From positions 1 through 64,000 of the forward strand of contig CP060760.1 in the NCBI GenBank assembly GCA_023205875.1: a stretch of 64,000 nucleotides of DNA, written 5' to 3'. The translations under genes were made by a program, and so were the position numbers. Below are positions 60,684-64,000 of the stretch, piece by piece; the first letter of the stretch is position 1; every line of letters starts with the position of its first letter. Below the pieces are notes generated by a model. The model saw only the letters and a list, made by a program, of their open reading frames with translations, did not search any database and was not told the DNA's origin. The stretch comes from Chloropicon primus. Lineage: Eukaryota.

Positions 60684-62246
60684 CTACCCGTTGTGCAGCT
60701 TGTCATTGGAGTGCTTCCTCTTGAACCTGGCCCTCGCCCTGCGGCTCGCCCAGGGCACGATGTTGTGGCCCTCGGAGACCCTCTTGGGGTCGCAGTGCTT
60801 GGTGGACGCCATCTCGGCCTGCTTGAAGCCCTTCTCCCGCTTGCACGCGTCGCAGACCTCCTGGGTCTCGTGGCACTCCAGCACGCAGTCCTCCCCGAAG
60901 TGAATGAACCCAGAGTTCGCGAGGGCTTTGACGAACCTGAACTCGTCCCCGTCCCTCGAGGGGTTCGCGGGGACGTCGCACACGTCGTAGTAGTGGTACA
61001 AGGCCCCCTGCTTGGTGGAGACGTGGAAGCCATAGATGTTCACCTCTCGGCACCTCTGCATGGCCATCATGATGCCGTACAGGCCGGAGGTCGCCATGAA
61101 GGTCAGGGAGTGCGCAACAAACTCGACATAGTCCGGGTCGAAGGCCCACAGGTGCGGGATCCACTCCTTCTTCCTCCTCGACTTGCTCCTGTAGTTGTAG
61201 AACAGCCCGACGATCGCGGACTTTGCCCTCAGGTGGATCATCAGATTCTCCTCGTCCCGCTCCCGGAACGCCCAGTTCTGGGTGTTGGTGATCCTGTGCG
61301 TGGTGAAGCTGCCCACGTGCTTCTCGAAGCCCTTCGTGGGTGCGCTGTTGAACCGCATCACAAAGTCGTGCGAGTCGATCTCCTTGCCGTGCTCGTAGCT
61401 CAGCACAATGCCAGAGGAGCCCACCACGGCGCACTTGTCGTACACCTCACCGTTCAAGATGGTGTCGTTCTTGGGCAGAATCTGCACCAAGCGCTTCAAC
61501 TCGTCGCCCGAGGACAGCACGCGGTGGCCCTTGTCCGCGTCCTTCTCCTTCCCCGGCAAGAACACCTTGAGCTTGTCCCTCTTCTTCATCCTGCCCTGGT
61601 GCAGCACCATGTCCCCGTCGAAGTTGAGCGACTTCTTCTTCAGGGTCTTCGGGTGCATGTCATGGGGGAATGGTCTGGCCTTCTCGCATCGCGGGCCCTC
61701 GTACAGAACCGTGCAAGCGCACTGACCGCTCGGCAGGCACTTGCCGTGAAGCCCGCAGTACCCTTCCCCGCCGCAGGCAGTGCCTCCCACCGCAGCAGAG
61801 GACCCCTTTCCCGTGGACGTGGATTCGAACACGGTCGTGGACACGTCCGGTGGCGTCCAGTCAAGACCGCTTCCCTCCCTCCCGTGCTTCCCCTTCCCCT
61901 TCCCCTTGTGCTTGTGGCCGTCAGCCTGCTGCTGCACGGCGTGCGAGTGCTTCCTCGACTTGCCGCTTTCCAGGACGCTGTGGCTGCTGGCGTCGCCCGC
62001 GAAGGACTCCTTGAAGTGGAGCCCCGATCCCACAAAGTCGTCCTCCTCGCACCACCCTTGGCTGCTCATCAGGGCGTACGCTCCGGTAAGGACGGGAAGG
62101 CAAAGAACGAGTATCGCATACTTTCTTCTCGACGATTCCTTGGAAGAGGGTCTGGTGTGGTGCTTCTCTTCACCGTTCCCTTGCATCCCGCCGCCCTCGT
62201 AGCCAGAGGCACCATGGTCCACAACCCTCCTGATCTCGGTCGGCAT
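60684..62246 (-). CDS. GT29 sialyltransferase-like protein with an EGF-like module
   Basis: TM (AILVLCLPVLTGAYAL), EGF-like CGLHGKC...CACTVLYEGPRC, sialylmotif L (CAVVGSSG...GKEIDSHDFVMRFN), S (TSGLYGI..AMQRC..V.IYGF) and motif III YHYYD. Confidence 0.88.
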   Translation of the reverse strand: MPTEIRRVVDHGASGYEGGGMQGNGEEKHHTRPSSKESSRRKYAILVLCLPVLTGAYALMSSQGWCEEDDFVGSGLHFKESFAGDASSHSVLESGKSRKHSHAVQQQADGHKHKGKGKGKHGREGSGLDWTPPDVSTTVFESTSTGKGSSAAVGGTACGGEGYCGLHGKCLPSGQCACTVLYEGPRCEKARPFPHDMHPKTLKKKSLNFDGDMVLHQGRMKKRDKLKVFLPGKEKDADKGHRVLSSGDELKRLVQILPKNDTILNGEVYDKCAVVGSSGIVLSYEHGKEIDSHDFVMRFNSAPTKGFEKHVGSFTTHRITNTQNWAFRERDEENLMIHLRAKSAIVGLFYNYRSKSRRKKEWIPHLWAFDPDYVEFVAHSLTFMATSGLYGIMMAMQRCREVNIYGFHVSTKQGALYHYYDVCDVPANPSRDGDEFRFVKALANSGFIHFGEDCVLECHETQEVCDACKREKGFKQAEMASTKHCDPKRVSEGHNIVPWASRRARARFKRKHSNDKLHNG

Positions 62247-62710
62247 GGTCCTCGACTCAAACTCCAGCCAAGAGGACCTCCACTACCTCCAAGATGAGAT
62301 CTTGGTCGTACTCCAACTCCAACCCCGATCCCCAGGTGTCAGTCTCTGGGGCTTCGGTTCTCAATCAAACAAGATTCCAAGGGGGGAGCGTGGACATCTG
62401 GCAAGGCTCTTGCAAGGTCCTTCCCCTTGGATGCGGAGCCTCTGTGCTCGTCCTCCCCCTGCTTCGGGTGGAACAAAGTCAGTTCAGACCTCTGCTCAAT
62501 CCCCACCCGGTTTGGGTTATGGTCCAAGATCAGGAGGAACAAGCTGGAGAGCGGAGGAGCTTGGGAGGGGAGAAAGGGGGGGGGTTGGCCGGTGCCAGGG
62601 TGAATGGTGGGCGTCGTGTCGTGGCGAGGATCCCCTCTAGATCGGGGATTCTTCTTTGGATCCTTCTTGTGGACAAGTAAAATACACTAAAGAGGAAGAT
62701 GGAGGTCACA

Positions 62711-64000
62711 TCACATTTCACTGGACATGAAGGCACTCCAAGCTTGGTTGGTGAGGTCGAATAAATAATCGGCGACATAAATTTGCTCCGTGGTTCCACC
62801 CTTCTGCTTCACCTTGTCTGGGTGCATGATGATCATGGCCTTCCTGTACTGCTTCTTCACCTGAGCTGGGTTCATCAGGTCCATCATGCTCACCTCCTTC
62901 CAGCCGGAATCCTCCCACAGAACATGCTGAAGGGTGGACAAGAGGGCCCTGATGTTGTCCGACTTGCCTTTGCTCCAGGCGTCCAGCTTGGGTCCCATGT
63001 ACTGCGCCAGCTCCGACCTCTCGGCCTTCTCCATGGCCTCTATCGTCTCCCTCTCTCGCGCCTCCTCGAGGGCTTGAGCCATCCTCATTTGCACCTTTGC
63101 GAGCCTCTTCATGCGGAGCTCCTTCCTGAGCTCCGGTTCGTTTGGGTCGATCTCCTCCTCTCTGAAGGTCGGGGCCGCGGAAGACGCCGCGGACGATGGG
63201 CCCCCGAGACCCATCCCAAAGTCGATGCCCCCCGTGGTGCACACGCTAGGCTGGTGAGTGGTGCCGAAGATGTCGTCGATCACCTGGGGCCCGCCTTGAG
63301 AGTTGGCGGCATCCGTGCCCCTTGTAGCTTCCTGCGGGGGGGCGCCTCCCGTTGCCCCCATCAGGTCCTCCAGGCTCGTGAAACCTTTGTCCTCCGCCTG
63401 CTGGGGTTCTGCAGCAGCCTGGTCGTTGCTCTCCGCGGGCGCGGAGAACATACCAAGCAAGTCTTCCTCCGGGGACTGCACGCTGGGCTCTGCCCCTGGC
63501 GCCGACAGCCCACCCATCACCGCTTCAAGGCTTTCCGCCCCGTTTGGGTCCTTGGCTTCCTGGAAGCTCCCGGCACCCCCCATGCCAAGGAAGTCCTCCA
63601 GCCTGTCGACCTCCTGGTGCTTGGGAGAAGCCGGGACGGCGACTTCGTCTTCGGCGGTACCCCGGTCGCCGGCGGAGGGCTCCCCGCCGTCTTCCGCCTC
63701 AGCGGAGTCGTTCAGGGCCGCCTCCTTGTCGAGGACCACGAAATCTTCGCCGACGACGTCCGCGGTGTACGGGTTTGCGCTGGAACCAACCAGGTCGTCC
63801 ATCCCCAGAAGGTTGACGCTGCTGTTGTCCTTGACGGTGTCGAAGCGGTCCTCCGCCACAGCACCAGCCGCTGGCGAGGACGGCGAGAGGTTGAGGGCGT
63901 CCAGGTCGAAAGCCCCGCCGGTTGCCGCCATCGTTGGGCTCTCACTCATGCCCACTCCAAGACCTTGCGTGGCCCCAGTCGCAATACTCCCGAGGTTGAA
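62711..64000 (-). CDS. Auxilin-like J-domain protein (5'-partial; frame is open to the window edge)
   Basis: C-terminal NIRALLSTLQ.VLW...W..V.M.DL....VKKQYRKA....HPDKV; low-complexity acidic region with DLL-type motifs. Confidence 0.88.
   Translation of the reverse strand, partial: FNLGSIATGATQGLGVGMSESPTMAATGGAFDLDALNLSPSSPAAGAVAEDRFDTVKDNSSVNLLGMDDLVGSSANPYTADVVGEDFVVLDKEAALNDSAEAEDGGEPSAGDRGTAEDEVAVPASPKHQEVDRLEDFLGMGGAGSFQEAKDPNGAESLEAVMGGLSAPGAEPSVQSPEEDLLGMFSAPAESNDQAAAEPQQAEDKGFTSLEDLMGATGGAPPQEATRGTDAANSQGGPQVIDDIFGTTHQPSVCTTGGIDFGMGLGGPSSAASSAAPTFREEEIDPNEPELRKELRMKRLAKVQMRMAQALEEARERETIEAMEKAERSELAQYMGPKLDAWSKGKSDNIRALLSTLQHVLWEDSGWKEVSMMDLMNPAQVKKQYRKAMIIMHPDKVKQKGGTTEQIYVADYLFDLTNQAWSAFMSSEM

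Noticed and set aside
11695..64000. Vesicle-trafficking cluster (TRAPPC11, AP2A, auxilin-like)
   Set aside because: The genes are 16-28 kb apart with no shared element seen.
1..64000. tRNA, rRNA, snRNA genes or transposons
   Set aside because: None was recognisable by eye; tRNAscan-SE, Infernal and repeat-library searches would be needed to exclude them.

Overview
This window is the left end of a compact, GC-rich, intron-poor eukaryotic chromosome, most likely from a green alga. It starts with a (CCTAAAA)n = TTTTAGG telomere and encodes nuclear PsaL, IspF and plant-type ATP synthase FAd. The telomere motif and gene compaction suggest a Chloropicon-like picoalga, which is an inference. A ~1 kb subtelomere is followed by 26 protein-coding genes and one pseudogene. 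The genes include a bacterial-type AcnB aconitase, three GT29 sialyltransferase-like genes (one with two catalytic domains), the Kdo-pathway arabinose-5-phosphate isomerase, AUH, TRM13, THADA, a SpoU methylase, TRAPPC11, AP-2 alpha, an auxilin-like protein, Nup133, a full-length SMCHD1/GMI1-like GHKL-hinge protein, a receptor-like TKL kinase, mitochondrial MDH, a DTC-like carrier and ALDH22. The pseudogene is a multiply disrupted SABATH methyltransferase. Non-coding signals of note are telomere-like arrays and motifs in promoters, a multi-part motif shared by three divergent promoters, GATC/CGATCG clusters near gene starts, and a 120-bp direct repeat with a possible stem. All product calls come from motif recognition by eye; no database search was run.
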